Shown piece after piece: positions 27,456 through 37,950 of a stretch of DNA of 64,000 nucleotides. Position 1 is the stretch's first letter. Every line of letters starts with the position of its first letter. Source of the DNA: Candidatus Nanoarchaeia archaeon. GTDB lineage: Archaea; Nanobdellota; Nanobdellia; Woesearchaeales; GW2011-AR4. The DNA lies in assembly GCA_035288865.1 (NCBI GenBank), contig DATDZA010000017.1, positions 12,672 through 76,671 on the forward strand. The letters run 5' to 3'. Under the pieces are notes generated by a model, which was not told the origin of the DNA, made no database searches, and was given only the letters and a program-made list of their open reading frames with translations. Both the position numbers and the translations under genes were made by a program.

Positions 27456-27484
27456 CCCGTTCTCACATTTAAATTCTGAATAAT

Positions 27485-27886
27485 ATGACCAACAAGACAA
27501 AAGGCTCTAACTCAGAGAGAGAATTGCTGCATATGTTCTGGGCAAAAGGATTTGCGGCCATACGCAGCGCAGGTTCCGGCTCAATGAAATATCCGGGTCC
27601 GGATTTGTTAGTAGGCAACTTAGTCAGAAGAATGTCCATTGAATGCAAATCATCAAAAGTAAATAAAATATATCTTACAGAAGGGGATGTCAACCAGTTA
27701 AAGAATTTCTCCAAAGTATTTGATGCGCATCCCTGGTTTGCAGTGCGTTTCTTCAGAAAAGACTGGCTGTTTGTCAGCATCGAAGACTTGGCAAAAACGC
27801 CAACAGGCTATGTTATAGATGAAAGGACAGCAGAACTAAAAGGAATTTCATTCAATGAACTTATAATTTATGAAATAAACAAATAG
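27485..27886 (+). CDS. hjc: Holliday junction resolvase Hjc
   Basis: KGSNSERELL..F...GFA.IR.AGSG...PDLL..IECKS. Confidence 0.93.
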   Translation: MTNKTKGSNSERELLHMFWAKGFAAIRSAGSGSMKYPGPDLLVGNLVRRMSIECKSSKVNKIYLTEGDVNQLKNFSKVFDAHPWFAVRFFRKDWLFVSIEDLAKTPTGYVIDERTAELKGISFNELIIYEINK

Positions 27887-27972
27887 AAAACTTTGAAACA
27901 TCCACAATTTCAATATTTCATTAAAAGTTCTCTAAGAGAATTTTGATGAACTCATAAATCTTCAAAATTCTC
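27884..27972. repeat. REP-like tandem hairpin element (long + short unit), starting at the hjc stop codon
   Basis: TAGAAAACTTTGA..AAAAGTTCTCTA (27884-27934) + AGAGAATTTTGA..TCAAAATTCTC (27935-27972). Confidence 0.75.
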
Positions 27973-27985
27973 AATAAAAGAAAAA

Positions 27986-28192
27986 TCAGCGTCTTTTCTT
28001 CATTGACCTTTCAATCGTAATCTCTTCTTTGATTACTTTGTCAACTACCCTTTCGATGTGCATCTCGATTCTTGCTATCCTGCGCTCCATCAAAACCATA
28101 ATCCTCAAAGAATAAACTATAGCTGCCAAAGTTCCTATTATTATAGCAAGTGTCACGTCTGGCACTGTTAAAGTCTCAAGTCCGAAAGCCAT
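27986..28192 (-). CDS. Small single-TM/coiled-coil protein
   Basis: 68 aa, GAGGTG RBS, TM helix then LMERRIARIE coiled coil. Confidence 0.65.
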   Translation of the reverse strand: MAFGLETLTVPDVTLAIIIGTLAAIVYSLRIMVLMERRIARIEMHIERVVDKVIKEEITIERSMKKRR

Positions 28193-28308
28193 CTAATCAC
28201 CTCAATTTTTGTTAATACTCTCTATTTTTTTGGTTATTTATAAAACTTTCGATAATGCCTCCTTTGCACAATAACTCATTAACCTGTCTAGTTTCTTACC
28301 TTTAATAT

Positions 28309-28926
28309 TTACCCGAACTTTGACAATATCTGCCGCCCTATTTTTGCAATATACTCTTTAGTTTTATTGCCTTCCTTGGTTCCATTATTAGAGATTTCAA
28401 TGAGGTATCCATCCTTCGTAAACCAGAGATGATAATAATAGATGCCCGGTTTATTGAACTCGGCACCATAATCCTCATCGCTGTTAACATGAAATTTGCT
28501 CTGGTCACCAAAATCATTCTCGCTTATAATGCCTTTAGAACTAACATAGTGCCCGGAGTTATATTGGTACGTGCCATTTAGGTCTTCTGGATTTGTAATT
28601 TTCCCAATATAGTGAATTGTCACTTCAGTATCCTTCACGCTGTTAATGGTGTAGGTACACCAGGTACTGTAATTATTTAAGTACACAGTTTGATTATATA
28701 CCCACCCCTCTATTTGGCAATCAGTTCCATTGAGGACTATCGGCCCAAAAGTTCTATTGGAAGTCATCAATCCAAGTTGCTTAAGGTCTTGTTCATTAAG
28801 CACCAGTTCCTGAACTCCAGATATAGTATGGGTTGAGCCATTTTGAATTAAAGGTGGTCTTTCATCTTGCATTGAGCATCCTCCAATAAATATGAGGAGA
28901 ATTGCTAAAATTGTAGTTAGTTTCAC
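28309..28926 (-). CDS. Lipoprotein (hypothetical)
   Basis: MKLTTILAILLIFIGGC lipobox. Confidence 0.6.
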   Translation of the reverse strand: MKLTTILAILLIFIGGCSMQDERPPLIQNGSTHTISGVQELVLNEQDLKQLGLMTSNRTFGPIVLNGTDCQIEGWVYNQTVYLNNYSTWCTYTINSVKDTEVTIHYIGKITNPEDLNGTYQYNSGHYVSSKGIISENDFGDQSKFHVNSDEDYGAEFNKPGIYYYHLWFTKDGYLIEISNNGTKEGNKTKEYIAKIGRQILSKFG

Positions 28927-29064
28927 AATATCACTTTAATTTTATAGAGAGATGATTATTATTTTTAAATATTACTAAAAGAGTGCCAGGTGGAGGTGAC
29001 CTCCCTAACCAAAATTGACATCAGATAGCTTTCCTTTTTAGTTTGAAAAAACTTTTTATAACAA

Positions 29065-30417
29065 TTACTTGGAGTCGTTCTTTACTTTTTTGCCTCTATT
29101 CATCATCCAAGCCTTTTTTGTTGTGTACTGCGCAGGATTTTTTATCTTGGCGCAGAAAGAGTCAGGACTGCAAACCCTTAAATCAGTGTAGTAATTTTGC
29201 TGATTAATCAGAACAACATTATTTTCTCGCCTGGGGCAATTGGGTGGCAAAATCTTTTTTCTTTGCTGCTTGTGATATCTAACCTGCCCAATCAAATAAA
29301 TTTCTTTCAAAGGCTCTCTGTTCTTGTCATTCCATTCTTTAAGTTTTTTCTCAATCATGTCATAATCCCAGCCTATGGAAGTAAAATAATTCACCAATAC
29401 AAACAAAGCCCTTTTTCTTCCGTCTTCAAGGCCATTGAGAATTGTCTTGATGCACGGCGGAAATAATTCTTCAGGCAAAGCAGATGCAGGCCCTTCAAAT
29501 TCTTTTCCGGATTTTGGCTCTGTTTCATCATCTTCCTTTGCATGAAAATCAAGCGCCTCAACAAATAATCTTTTTGCTTCTTCTCTTTCTGCATTTGTCC
29601 TGTCAAGAAATTTATGGGAACTTATTTTGACCTTATCAGGCAAGGCAAACTCTTTTTTGAACAGCATAACCTTTTCTGGATTTAATGGCACCGACACAAG
29701 CCCGGATTTTTCATGAAGAGAATAAGGCATCCTATAAAGATGTCGGGGAGATATCAGCAAAGTGTCCATTTGCAGAATTGAATCAGGATTAAATTTCTTC
29801 ACGCCTCTTTCTTCATACAGCACTTCACTTGCAATTTTTCCTGTTTTTTCAAGAACTTTTGAAATGTTGCCCTCAAGCTTCAAAATTGCATCTCCAAACT
29901 CAGGCAGTATCATGTGCTTGATGTAAAGCGCAATTTTTCTCGGTGCATCGGGAAACAGATTTTTTATGTCCCCATTTTTTATTCTCTCAGGAAACGCCTC
30001 ATAAGGCACCCCGATGTGGAATCCCTTGTTGCCGGAAAATTTGCAGGAAATGGATTTTATTTTATGGAATTTCAGCGCTTTAATAACCAAATCAGCGGCA
30101 ATTTTCGAATAGTCAAAAACTATACAATCAATATCAATTATTAAATCCCACCCAATCCTTAAATCCTCCAGTTCCTGCCGTCTCATGGTGGGGTCGAGCT
30201 GCAGCGGGTCTTTCCATAATTCTTCAGAAGCGTGAAAAGAAGTTGCGCCCTGCTTTGCCAATTCAAGAATGTCGCTTGCATGTCTCAGCACATCTGGCCT
30301 CTTGCCAAACTGCTCGTTAAAGCGCGCAGCAACTTCCCGGTCTGCAGAGTTTGTAATTATTTCTTCCTGTATGTCCGCTCTCTTATAATGGCTTAATGAT
30401 ACATTGATAGGAATCAT
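29065..30417 (-). CDS. priS: DNA primase, fused small + large subunit (PriS-PriL)
   Basis: WDLIIDID, KFSGNKGFHI, RHLYRMPYSLH (PriS), then FPPCI..GL.DGRKR..PPNC...C (PriL Fe-S C-terminal domain). Confidence 0.92.
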   Translation of the reverse strand: MIPINVSLSHYKRADIQEEIITNSADREVAARFNEQFGKRPDVLRHASDILELAKQGATSFHASEELWKDPLQLDPTMRRQELEDLRIGWDLIIDIDCIVFDYSKIAADLVIKALKFHKIKSISCKFSGNKGFHIGVPYEAFPERIKNGDIKNLFPDAPRKIALYIKHMILPEFGDAILKLEGNISKVLEKTGKIASEVLYEERGVKKFNPDSILQMDTLLISPRHLYRMPYSLHEKSGLVSVPLNPEKVMLFKKEFALPDKVKISSHKFLDRTNAEREEAKRLFVEALDFHAKEDDETEPKSGKEFEGPASALPEELFPPCIKTILNGLEDGRKRALFVLVNYFTSIGWDYDMIEKKLKEWNDKNREPLKEIYLIGQVRYHKQQRKKILPPNCPRRENNVVLINQQNYYTDLRVCSPDSFCAKIKNPAQYTTKKAWMMNRGKKVKNDSK

Positions 30418-30486
30418 ATGCCAGGGAATGTTTTTTGGTTTTTAATAGTTATGTTTAATATTTAAGAATGACGTAATAACCACTTA

Positions 30487-31119
30487 TTATTTACTCTTTA
30501 TTTTTTTCTTCCAAAAAATTAGAGGCTTAAGTTTATAAACAATTACTCCAATAATAAAATATAGCAATGCTGCGAAAATAAAACCAACTCTTGATGGTAA
30601 ATCATCAACATAAGGGTAAAATGTAAGCAATTTTTGGTGAATGGTGGAATAAGTGGTTGGATCTTCAATATTTACAATAGACCCAAAAGCGCTTCCTGTA
30701 TAGATTAATACAAAAATTCCGAGGTAAGAAATAATAATAAAAATTTGGTTATCAAATGCAATTGAAAAAATAGAACTAACTATAAATAATGCAACGAAAA
30801 ATAATCCATACTTTATTTCATTCTTATATTTAGTAAAGATTTCAACATTTCTATAGAAATAAAAAGAGGCAAAAACTAGAACCCAGAAAGCTATGTCAAA
30901 TTTTAAGTTATTGCCATAAAAATTTTTAATTTCTGGTTTATGAAATGTCAAACTACTTGTAGGACTTTCAGCGTAACTGGGCGACCTAGAATCCATGTAA
31001 ACGAATGGAAAACCATAAGTTACATCACCTAATTTTTGGTCATTAACACAACCCCTTAATCCAATTATTAAAAATGTAAAGATAAAGAAGTAAATTATCC
31101 ATTTAAGCCAAGACCACAT
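30487..31119 (-). CDS. Membrane protein (hypothetical)
   Basis: Multiple hydrophobic helices; YGFPFVY motif. Confidence 0.55.
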   Translation of the reverse strand: MWSWLKWIIYFFIFTFLIIGLRGCVNDQKLGDVTYGFPFVYMDSRSPSYAESPTSSLTFHKPEIKNFYGNNLKFDIAFWVLVFASFYFYRNVEIFTKYKNEIKYGLFFVALFIVSSIFSIAFDNQIFIIISYLGIFVLIYTGSAFGSIVNIEDPTTYSTIHQKLLTFYPYVDDLPSRVGFIFAALLYFIIGVIVYKLKPLIFWKKKIKSK

Positions 31120-31248
31120 TTTACTATTCTATTGACATAACAATATTAAAACTTATCTATTTAATGTATAGAATATATCATTTACAAATACTTATATATT
31201 CAACATCTATTGGGTAAATTACTAATTAACATATTCTCAATACAAAAA

Positions 31249-31605
31249 ATGAAACACGAAACAGAAGAATTCAGTAAACATATAGAAAAAATAAAAAATT
31301 CAAACGTCATTGTAATAGTAGAAGGCAAGAAAGATAGGGCTGCATTAAACAAATTTGGAATAAGCAATATAATTGAACTTTCCAAAAAACCATTATTCCA
31401 AATTGTTGAGGAAGTTGCAAATTCAAATGACGAATGCATAATTCTGACGGATTTGGATAGAAAAGGAAAGGAAATATATGGAAAATTAAACTCTGATTTG
31501 CAGAAGCACGGCGTAAAAATAAATAACAAATTTAGAAATTTTCTTTTCAAAAACACCAAATTAAGGCAGATAGAAGGAATGAATACTTATGTGCAGTTTA
31601 TCTAA
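31249..31605 (+). CDS. Small Toprim-domain protein (RNase M5-like)
   Basis: IVEGKKDRAAL, ILTDLDRKG; start moved to MKHETEE. Confidence 0.85.
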   Translation: MKHETEEFSKHIEKIKNSNVIVIVEGKKDRAALNKFGISNIIELSKKPLFQIVEEVANSNDECIILTDLDRKGKEIYGKLNSDLQKHGVKINNKFRNFLFKNTKLRQIEGMNTYVQFI

Positions 31606-32359
31606 AATCAATTTTCTGCCCGTTAATCAGGAGATTTGTTGCCACAGCATCTCCGTGCCAAAGCGCAACTTCGACAAGCATGTCTGCTGCCGTAAACTGT
31701 GGAAGGTTACCCTCATTCTTCGGGACAAAATAAGACTCAATAGGGTATTCTATGCTTATTTCCATTATTCCTTTCTTCACATTAATGACGTTTCCGATTT
31801 TGTATTGATTGTAAATATCAGGCTGATCCTGGCAAATCCCATTCTGGCATTTTATAAGGTAGTTTACCCGGTTATTGAATTCATTGAACTCCACTTTGTC
31901 ACCGACATCAAAAGATTGCTCTGTTTTAACGGGACTATATTCATAGTCATAAATTGTTTCTTCATAGATATAATTATTTGAGCTGTTGGTTTCTTTTACA
32001 GTGTACACATTTTTAGAGTAAACATCGTTTACCCTTCCTTTAATGTAGGGCTCTGCAGTTTTTTTGGTGCTTACTTCAGCAGCACTTGAAAAATCCTTGC
32101 CCTTCTCCAGTCTGACAAATATTGTATCTCCTCTTTTGAAATCTTTTGTATCGCTTTTTATCGAATCAAGTTTTATTGTTGATATTTCATACCTGATATT
32201 GATAAAATCCCCTCTTAAAATATCAGTTGGATCATATGGAATTGGCTTCAAAAGAACTTTTTCGCCAAACCACACAGTAGACTGCTTAAATCCAATCATT
32301 CCAATTAGGAAAACCACCTGCAGCGCCACAATCAAATAAAACAATTTTCCTTTTTCCAT
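31598..32359 (-). CDS. GDYXXLXY-domain membrane-anchored protein
   Basis: LKPIPYDPTDILRGDFINIRYEI, IESYFVP; paired with the upstream DUF2157 gene. Confidence 0.85.
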   Translation of the reverse strand: MEKGKLFYLIVALQVVFLIGMIGFKQSTVWFGEKVLLKPIPYDPTDILRGDFINIRYEISTIKLDSIKSDTKDFKRGDTIFVRLEKGKDFSSAAEVSTKKTAEPYIKGRVNDVYSKNVYTVKETNSSNNYIYEETIYDYEYSPVKTEQSFDVGDKVEFNEFNNRVNYLIKCQNGICQDQPDIYNQYKIGNVINVKKGIMEISIEYPIESYFVPKNEGNLPQFTAADMLVEVALWHGDAVATNLLINGQKIDFR

Positions 32360-32360
32360 T

Positions 32361-33614
32361 TTATCCCGTGAACCTGTCAATTATCTTTCTTCTGTTTTTT
32401 TCAAGTATAATCGCCAATACTATAAGCAGTACCCCGCCGATTATGAAAAATAAATATCCATTCAGGACGTCCCATAAATATTCAATGTACCTTGAAAATA
32501 TTGCCACGCCAAAGGCTATCATGCCCAAATTAACTAGAGTTTTTTCCCTTTTTGCATAGCCAAGATATACGCTTCCTACTATGAGCAAAAATAATATTAT
32601 GTTGAACGTAATTGGAATCATCCAGAAATTAATTTTTGAAAATAAAACAACCAGCGGAGTGAAGACCAGCAAAAGCCCAAGATAAAGGACCTCATGAAAT
32701 TCTGTGCTGTCTTTTGTATCGCGGTATTTGAAGCTGATAAATATAAAAATAATTGCAACTAAAGTTACTGCCAGGTAAATAATCCAGAATTTTGAGTTGA
32801 AAAGGACGCTCATAGTATTGGTGCCGGCTCCTGCAGAATATCCAAAATCATTTGCTTTCCCAAACCATTTAAATGAAAATAGATAAGCAGTCAGCATTAT
32901 TAAAAAAGAGCCAATTAGGTGAAAAGGATACCTTAGCATTCTTATGCTTTCTTTTTTTTCGTGCAGATTGCCGAGCATATAGTATGATATTCCGAGCGAC
33001 AGGAATATCAGAAAAAATGCATATGAAATATTGTAGTACCTGTCGACGAAATTAAACCAATAAAACATTTCCGAGCCGACATAAACGCCTGCTGTTAATA
33101 AGCTTAAGTACATTACAGGTTTTGACTGGGTAATGTAGGCAAGTGCAACAATTCCCAATGCCCAGTAAAGGAAAGCACTAGGCCAATGGGAGTTTATGTT
33201 GAAAATCTGGCCTACCAAAAAAATCCCGGCTCCAAAAATAATTGCGCCCAAAAATATCAAAGCGCCCCCTACATTCGGAAAATTTGCCTTGCTGAACTTC
33301 ATGGTGTAGCCGACGTAATACGATGCAACCAGCGCAGCCAAAATCGAAAAAACTTTTACCAATTTAGGAATGCTCGACCAATTTAGCGCAAAAAACAAAA
33401 TTATTCCGGCGCCTATCATGAGGGAGCCGAAAATAGCAATGATAGAAACAATATCCCAGTGCTTTGCCTCTACTGCTTTTTGCGGATCCTTATATAATGA
33501 ATAAATCTTTTGAAGCTGCTCTTTCGAAATTACTCCAATATTTGCTAATTTTCTAGCTTCGGATAAAAGGAATTTATATTTTTCAATTTTGTCAAGGCTG
33601 TCTTTCGTTGGCAT
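32361..33614 (-). CDS. DUF2157-family membrane protein
   Basis: GVISKEQ..I...Y; GAGIILFFALNW..IPK..K; IFLVGQIFNI; many TM helices. Confidence 0.85.
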   Translation of the reverse strand: MPTKDSLDKIEKYKFLLSEARKLANIGVISKEQLQKIYSLYKDPQKAVEAKHWDIVSIIAIFGSLMIGAGIILFFALNWSSIPKLVKVFSILAALVASYYVGYTMKFSKANFPNVGGALIFLGAIIFGAGIFLVGQIFNINSHWPSAFLYWALGIVALAYITQSKPVMYLSLLTAGVYVGSEMFYWFNFVDRYYNISYAFFLIFLSLGISYYMLGNLHEKKESIRMLRYPFHLIGSFLIMLTAYLFSFKWFGKANDFGYSAGAGTNTMSVLFNSKFWIIYLAVTLVAIIFIFISFKYRDTKDSTEFHEVLYLGLLLVFTPLVVLFSKINFWMIPITFNIILFLLIVGSVYLGYAKREKTLVNLGMIAFGVAIFSRYIEYLWDVLNGYLFFIIGGVLLIVLAIILEKNRRKIIDRFTG

Positions 33615-33734
33615 TATTCATAAATTATTTGGCCACTATTTAAAGGTTTTTATAAGGGTTTTTGACCAAAGGAATAAGCTCATGCAAAGTTAATTAGCAA
33701 ACAATTGCACTTTAATTATTATAACTAATCACTT

Positions 33735-34925
33735 TTATTTAACAATGCTTCTTTCCAAATCTTCAAGTTCTCTAAAAGTCTTTAGAGTAATAACTCGGTT
33801 TTCTGGAAGAATTCCTAAAACATTGCATGATATATCATAAATTTTGATAAATCTGTTAAGAGTAGCCCTTTGCACTAAGATAATAGTATCTCCTAAAATA
33901 TCATCAGGCAGTGCACTTATATGAAATTCTACAGACACTGCTAAAAGATTGTTAATTTCGGAAACTGGATATTGTTTGGCAGAATTAAATAGGAAGACAT
34001 CCTGCTCCCTGCCTTTTCTTTTCAATAATGCCAATGCTATCATTGTTCCCATTAATAGCCCGATATAATGTCTATTGTGATACATTTTATTATCTAATTC
34101 CCATATTTCGTTGGAAAACAAATCGATAAGGTTATTACTCACATATTTTGCATCCGATTCATGTGAATAGGTTATATCCAATTTTGTATACAGTAGGCTC
34201 CTACATATTGAAATTACCTTATCGATTCTTGGGCCGAACATTTCAGTCTTGAGGGGGATAGTTTCTCCTTTGCACAATATTAACATTGTATGAGCCTCTT
34301 CCCGAAAGCCATTAAAAAAATTAAGATATTGCAATACGCCGCCTTTTAACTTATTCCATGACTCAAACCTGCTAGGCTTTATACGCCATGTATGCTTGAC
34401 ATCGAAAATATGGATAAGTTCATGGCATAAATAATCCACAATTTCCCGATATGTATTTGGCTCTTTCCTTATTTTTTCAATAAATTCATAGGCATAATCC
34501 GTTCCTATAAATATCTGGCCGGGATCGTTCCCTTTTGGAAAGGAACCCCTCATAATTTGGGGATCATTTTCATAGCCCGAACCAAAACTCCAATGGTAAA
34601 CCACCATATTGAATCTCAGTTCCTTTATTGGGTGTATCTTATCAAACCTAAGAATTATTTTTTCTGAAATATCCTCTTGCAGGGCAACGATAATAAATTG
34701 AGGAAGATACTTATGGGACCTTTTCCTGAATTCCTCAAACGAAATATGAAATTTGTCTTGCACATAATGAATTAGGCCATAATTGCCCAAATATTGATTT
34801 TCATCAAATTTTAAAATTATCTTAATTCTTTTTTTCCCTATTCTGATTTTTTTAGAGAATATGGTACATTTTCGTGATGTATTAAATCCCGATATCCTAT
34901 TTTTTATTCTTTTCAAAAATACCAT
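33735..34925 (-). CDS. Orphan protein with a zincin HEXXH motif
   Basis: YLCHELIHIFD plus downstream FREEAH; no signal peptide. Confidence 0.55.
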   Translation of the reverse strand: MVFLKRIKNRISGFNTSRKCTIFSKKIRIGKKRIKIILKFDENQYLGNYGLIHYVQDKFHISFEEFRKRSHKYLPQFIIVALQEDISEKIILRFDKIHPIKELRFNMVVYHWSFGSGYENDPQIMRGSFPKGNDPGQIFIGTDYAYEFIEKIRKEPNTYREIVDYLCHELIHIFDVKHTWRIKPSRFESWNKLKGGVLQYLNFFNGFREEAHTMLILCKGETIPLKTEMFGPRIDKVISICRSLLYTKLDITYSHESDAKYVSNNLIDLFSNEIWELDNKMYHNRHYIGLLMGTMIALALLKRKGREQDVFLFNSAKQYPVSEINNLLAVSVEFHISALPDDILGDTIILVQRATLNRFIKIYDISCNVLGILPENRVITLKTFRELEDLERSIVK

Positions 34926-35116
34926 AATTTAAAATTTGGTTTTAAATATAAAAATATACCCATTTTTTGGCTTGTTGTACTCTGTGATATTACTTCAGAT
35001 TTAGGTTTACGGTGCTCTTTTAAGTATTTATATAATACTATTATTTAATATTATGAAGCCCTAATTTTTTGGCATTTTTCATAAGTTTTTTAAATATAGT
35101 AGCATTGCTTATTGGC

Positions 35117-35962
35117 ATGTCAATGAAAAATCAGTTTAAAACAGCAATCCTGCTTGCAGTGCTTACATCTCTTTTCTTGTTCATAGGGAGCTTTTTCGGA
35201 AAATCAGGATTTTATTTTGCCTTAGTATTCGTGGCAATTATGAATTTTGGCTCCTACTGGTTCTCACACAAGATTGTTCTGTGGATGTACCGTGCAAAGG
35301 AAGCAAAGAAAAGTGAATATCCAAAATTGTACAAAATTGTAGGGGAAGTTGCAAAATTAAGCAGCCTCCCGATGCCTAAAGTTTATATTATCCCGACCGA
35401 AACTTCAAATGCTTTCGCTACGGGCCGCAATAAAAATCACGCCGTTGTTGCTGTAACAGAAGGAATTTTAAAAATACTGAACGACGAAGAATTAAAGGCA
35501 GTTCTTGCCCACGAATTCGGCCACATAAGAAACCATGACATTTTAATTTCAACAATAGCCGGAACAATTGCAGGAGTTATCTCCTACGTTGGCATGATGG
35601 CAAGGTGGTCAGCTATCTTTGGCGGAAGAGACGATGACCGGGGCAATAACATCATCAGCCTTTTGATTTTGGGAATTCTTACTCCATTGATTGCAGCGTT
35701 GATTCAGATGGCAATCTCAAGAAGCAGGGAATACTTGGCTGATGAAACAGGTGCAAACACGGTTAAAAACGGAACGCATCTTGCCGATGCTTTGGAGAAA
35801 ATAGAAAAGAACGTGAATATCCATCCGTTAAAATTCGGGACAACGGCAACTGCGCATTTGTTTATAACGAATCCATTTAGGAACGCGAGCTTTTTGTCAT
35901 TGTTCATGACGCATCCGGCAACTTCGGAACGAACAAAAAGATTAAGGTCAATGAAATTTTAA
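35117..35962 (+). CDS. htpX: Zinc metalloprotease HtpX (M48)
   Basis: NAFATGR, AVLAHEFGHI, SRSREYLADE, FMTHP...R. Confidence 0.95.
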   Translation: MSMKNQFKTAILLAVLTSLFLFIGSFFGKSGFYFALVFVAIMNFGSYWFSHKIVLWMYRAKEAKKSEYPKLYKIVGEVAKLSSLPMPKVYIIPTETSNAFATGRNKNHAVVAVTEGILKILNDEELKAVLAHEFGHIRNHDILISTIAGTIAGVISYVGMMARWSAIFGGRDDDRGNNIISLLILGILTPLIAALIQMAISRSREYLADETGANTVKNGTHLADALEKIEKNVNIHPLKFGTTATAHLFITNPFRNASFLSLFMTHPATSERTKRLRSMKF

Positions 35963-37027
35963 ATTATTATTTTTGTTTTTCTTATTAGGTTTTTTTGAAG
36001 ATTCTGTTTTTTCCTCTGTCATAGATTCTTTTTCATTGTCGTATTTTTTATCATTTTCTTCTATTTTCTTTGTTTCTTCATGACGCATTCTTTTTTTTAT
36101 TGTCATCAAATAAATTTTCCCAATTCCCCCTGCAATTAAAAATACAATTCCCACAGTCAATATGAAATTATTGTAAGTCCTTAAAAATAATAATAAAATT
36201 ACGCTGATTATTGCCTTAAAATCAAATATGTTTCCAAGTCCAAGCAAGCTTCCCAGAATAGAAGTAGTATCAATACCTACATATTTTGCATACAATAATA
36301 TCAAAACATAAGGCAGCATTATCAGCATTCCGATGCCAAAGGCAATATCACTTAATATTTCGCAGAAAGCCATGTAATCATGGAGAATAAAATAAAGCAG
36401 AGCGGCTAAAATAGCCAGCAGCACAAGATAGATTATCCGGTCTTTGTTTAGAAAATCAATAAATTTATTATATTTGTCGAATAAGTTCATTTTTGTGCTG
36501 TCAGATTGTTGGCCCGAAACAAAATTTCCTAAAGAACCCCCAATCACACTGTAGAAAAATTCCTTGTCATTTATTTTTCCAGCTTTGTAATCATTGCACA
36601 CTGCACCTATCCTGCTTAAGTCCATTTTATTCTGTCCAGACTTTAATTGGTTGCACTCGTCTTCAATTTCTCCGGATTCGATCTTAGCGCAGCTTTCTTC
36701 CATTTGCTGCTCGTTTTCAATCTGGGCACCCTGTCGCTTCATTTTTTTATATTCGTTGCAATTATCTATCACTGACTGCATTACGCTGTCATTGCTGCAG
36801 AGCTGCTGCATGGTTATAACATTAGAGCCTGACTCCATAGAAGCGCATGTTTCCGCAAGCCTTCCAACCGCCTCTCTTTGTGCCTCCGGGCTTGCAAAGT
36901 CATACACATCCCCGAAAGTTCCTTTCATCACGTCTGGAAAATCAAAGCTTGCATTAGAAAAAATCAGGGTCGCAACTAGTATAATCATTAAGTTTTTTAT
37001 CAGCCAGATTGAGAATTTCTTGAACAT
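35948..37027 (-). CDS. Membrane protein with a Cys-rich extracellular region
   Basis: N-terminal signal/TM, repeated Cys helices, four C-terminal TMs, charged tail. Confidence 0.6.
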   Translation of the reverse strand: MFKKFSIWLIKNLMIILVATLIFSNASFDFPDVMKGTFGDVYDFASPEAQREAVGRLAETCASMESGSNVITMQQLCSNDSVMQSVIDNCNEYKKMKRQGAQIENEQQMEESCAKIESGEIEDECNQLKSGQNKMDLSRIGAVCNDYKAGKINDKEFFYSVIGGSLGNFVSGQQSDSTKMNLFDKYNKFIDFLNKDRIIYLVLLAILAALLYFILHDYMAFCEILSDIAFGIGMLIMLPYVLILLYAKYVGIDTTSILGSLLGLGNIFDFKAIISVILLLFLRTYNNFILTVGIVFLIAGGIGKIYLMTIKKRMRHEETKKIEENDKKYDNEKESMTEEKTESSKKPNKKNKNNNLKFH

Positions 37028-37218
37028 AGGAAAATTATTTCACAGTTCAGATATAAATATTTCTAAAATAAATCAACTACCTTTGCTTGTTAATTTTAAT
37101 GGCTCAAGCATAAAGACAATAGAACGTTCCAGAAATATAGGACAATGTTCAAGGTCTTTCGGAATTTTTATTTCCTCATTCTTATTTAGAATTATACCCC
37201 TATTTTGGATCTTAATTT

Positions 37219-37950
37219 TTATCTTTTCGCATTTTTTACAGCATAACTGATTGCCACTTTTAGCCTTCTGGCAAAATCATCAGTATGAGGTGGCCATTTC
37301 CAGCGATTGACGTCTATTATTGTAAGGTATCCGTTATCATCTCTCTGTGTATTATGGGTGTCAAGGTCGCACGGGACAAGACCAGTTTCTCTTTTTATAT
37401 GAGCAATCAACTCTGTTATTGTATAGTTTGGTCCTGCCGCTTTCCAAGGATTGTTCATGTGCCAATATGGATCAGAATTAACTTGTTTTGTTATTAATTC
37501 TTTTTCTCCATTAGTCTCTACTATTGCTTGTGGTATCTCCGCACGAATATCATATTTTAATAACCTCAGCAAAAAAATTGCTTCCCATTCTACCTGTTCA
37601 TCAACAACCAGGTCGTTGACATAGACTGCTCTTTCACCTGAACGTTTGCCTCCCCACCATACTCCGGTAGAGCCTAAGATATGTTCGGGACCTTTTACAT
37701 ATATAGATGATTTCTCTCCATTGGCAAGCTTGTAAATCCATCTTACTCTTCTAAAATTACCAGATTCAACCCTTGCGCAGAATGGGTTCCAGTTTTCTTC
37801 AATTAAATGTGTTTCTGGCACACTACGCGTTGGCAATAAGGTTATGATTCTGCCAGATTCTGTTCTATACGCTGGGCATGGTCCGTATTCAAGCAATAAA
37901 TCTGATGCCTTAATTTCCACTGGTTGAAGCCTATCTTGAAGTGTTATCAT
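37219..37950 (-). CDS. Divergent protein-kinase-like (RIO/Kdo/APH superfamily) protein
   Basis: SGNFRRV (Gly loop), IYVKG (beta-3 Lys), EWEA..L..L (alphaC Glu), CDLDTHN (catalytic loop), IIDV (DFG-like). Confidence 0.6.
   Translation of the reverse strand: MITLQDRLQPVEIKASDLLLEYGPCPAYRTESGRIITLLPTRSVPETHLIEENWNPFCARVESGNFRRVRWIYKLANGEKSSIYVKGPEHILGSTGVWWGGKRSGERAVYVNDLVVDEQVEWEAIFLLRLLKYDIRAEIPQAIVETNGEKELITKQVNSDPYWHMNNPWKAAGPNYTITELIAHIKRETGLVPCDLDTHNTQRDDNGYLTIIDVNRWKWPPHTDDFARRLKVAISYAVKNAKR

Noticed and set aside
28974-29042. Intergenic GGAGG-TGA-CCTCC hairpin with an anti-SD-like TCACCTCC inside a weak outer stem
   Set aside because: Single copy, short stems, no recognisable boxes; insufficient support for an sRNA.
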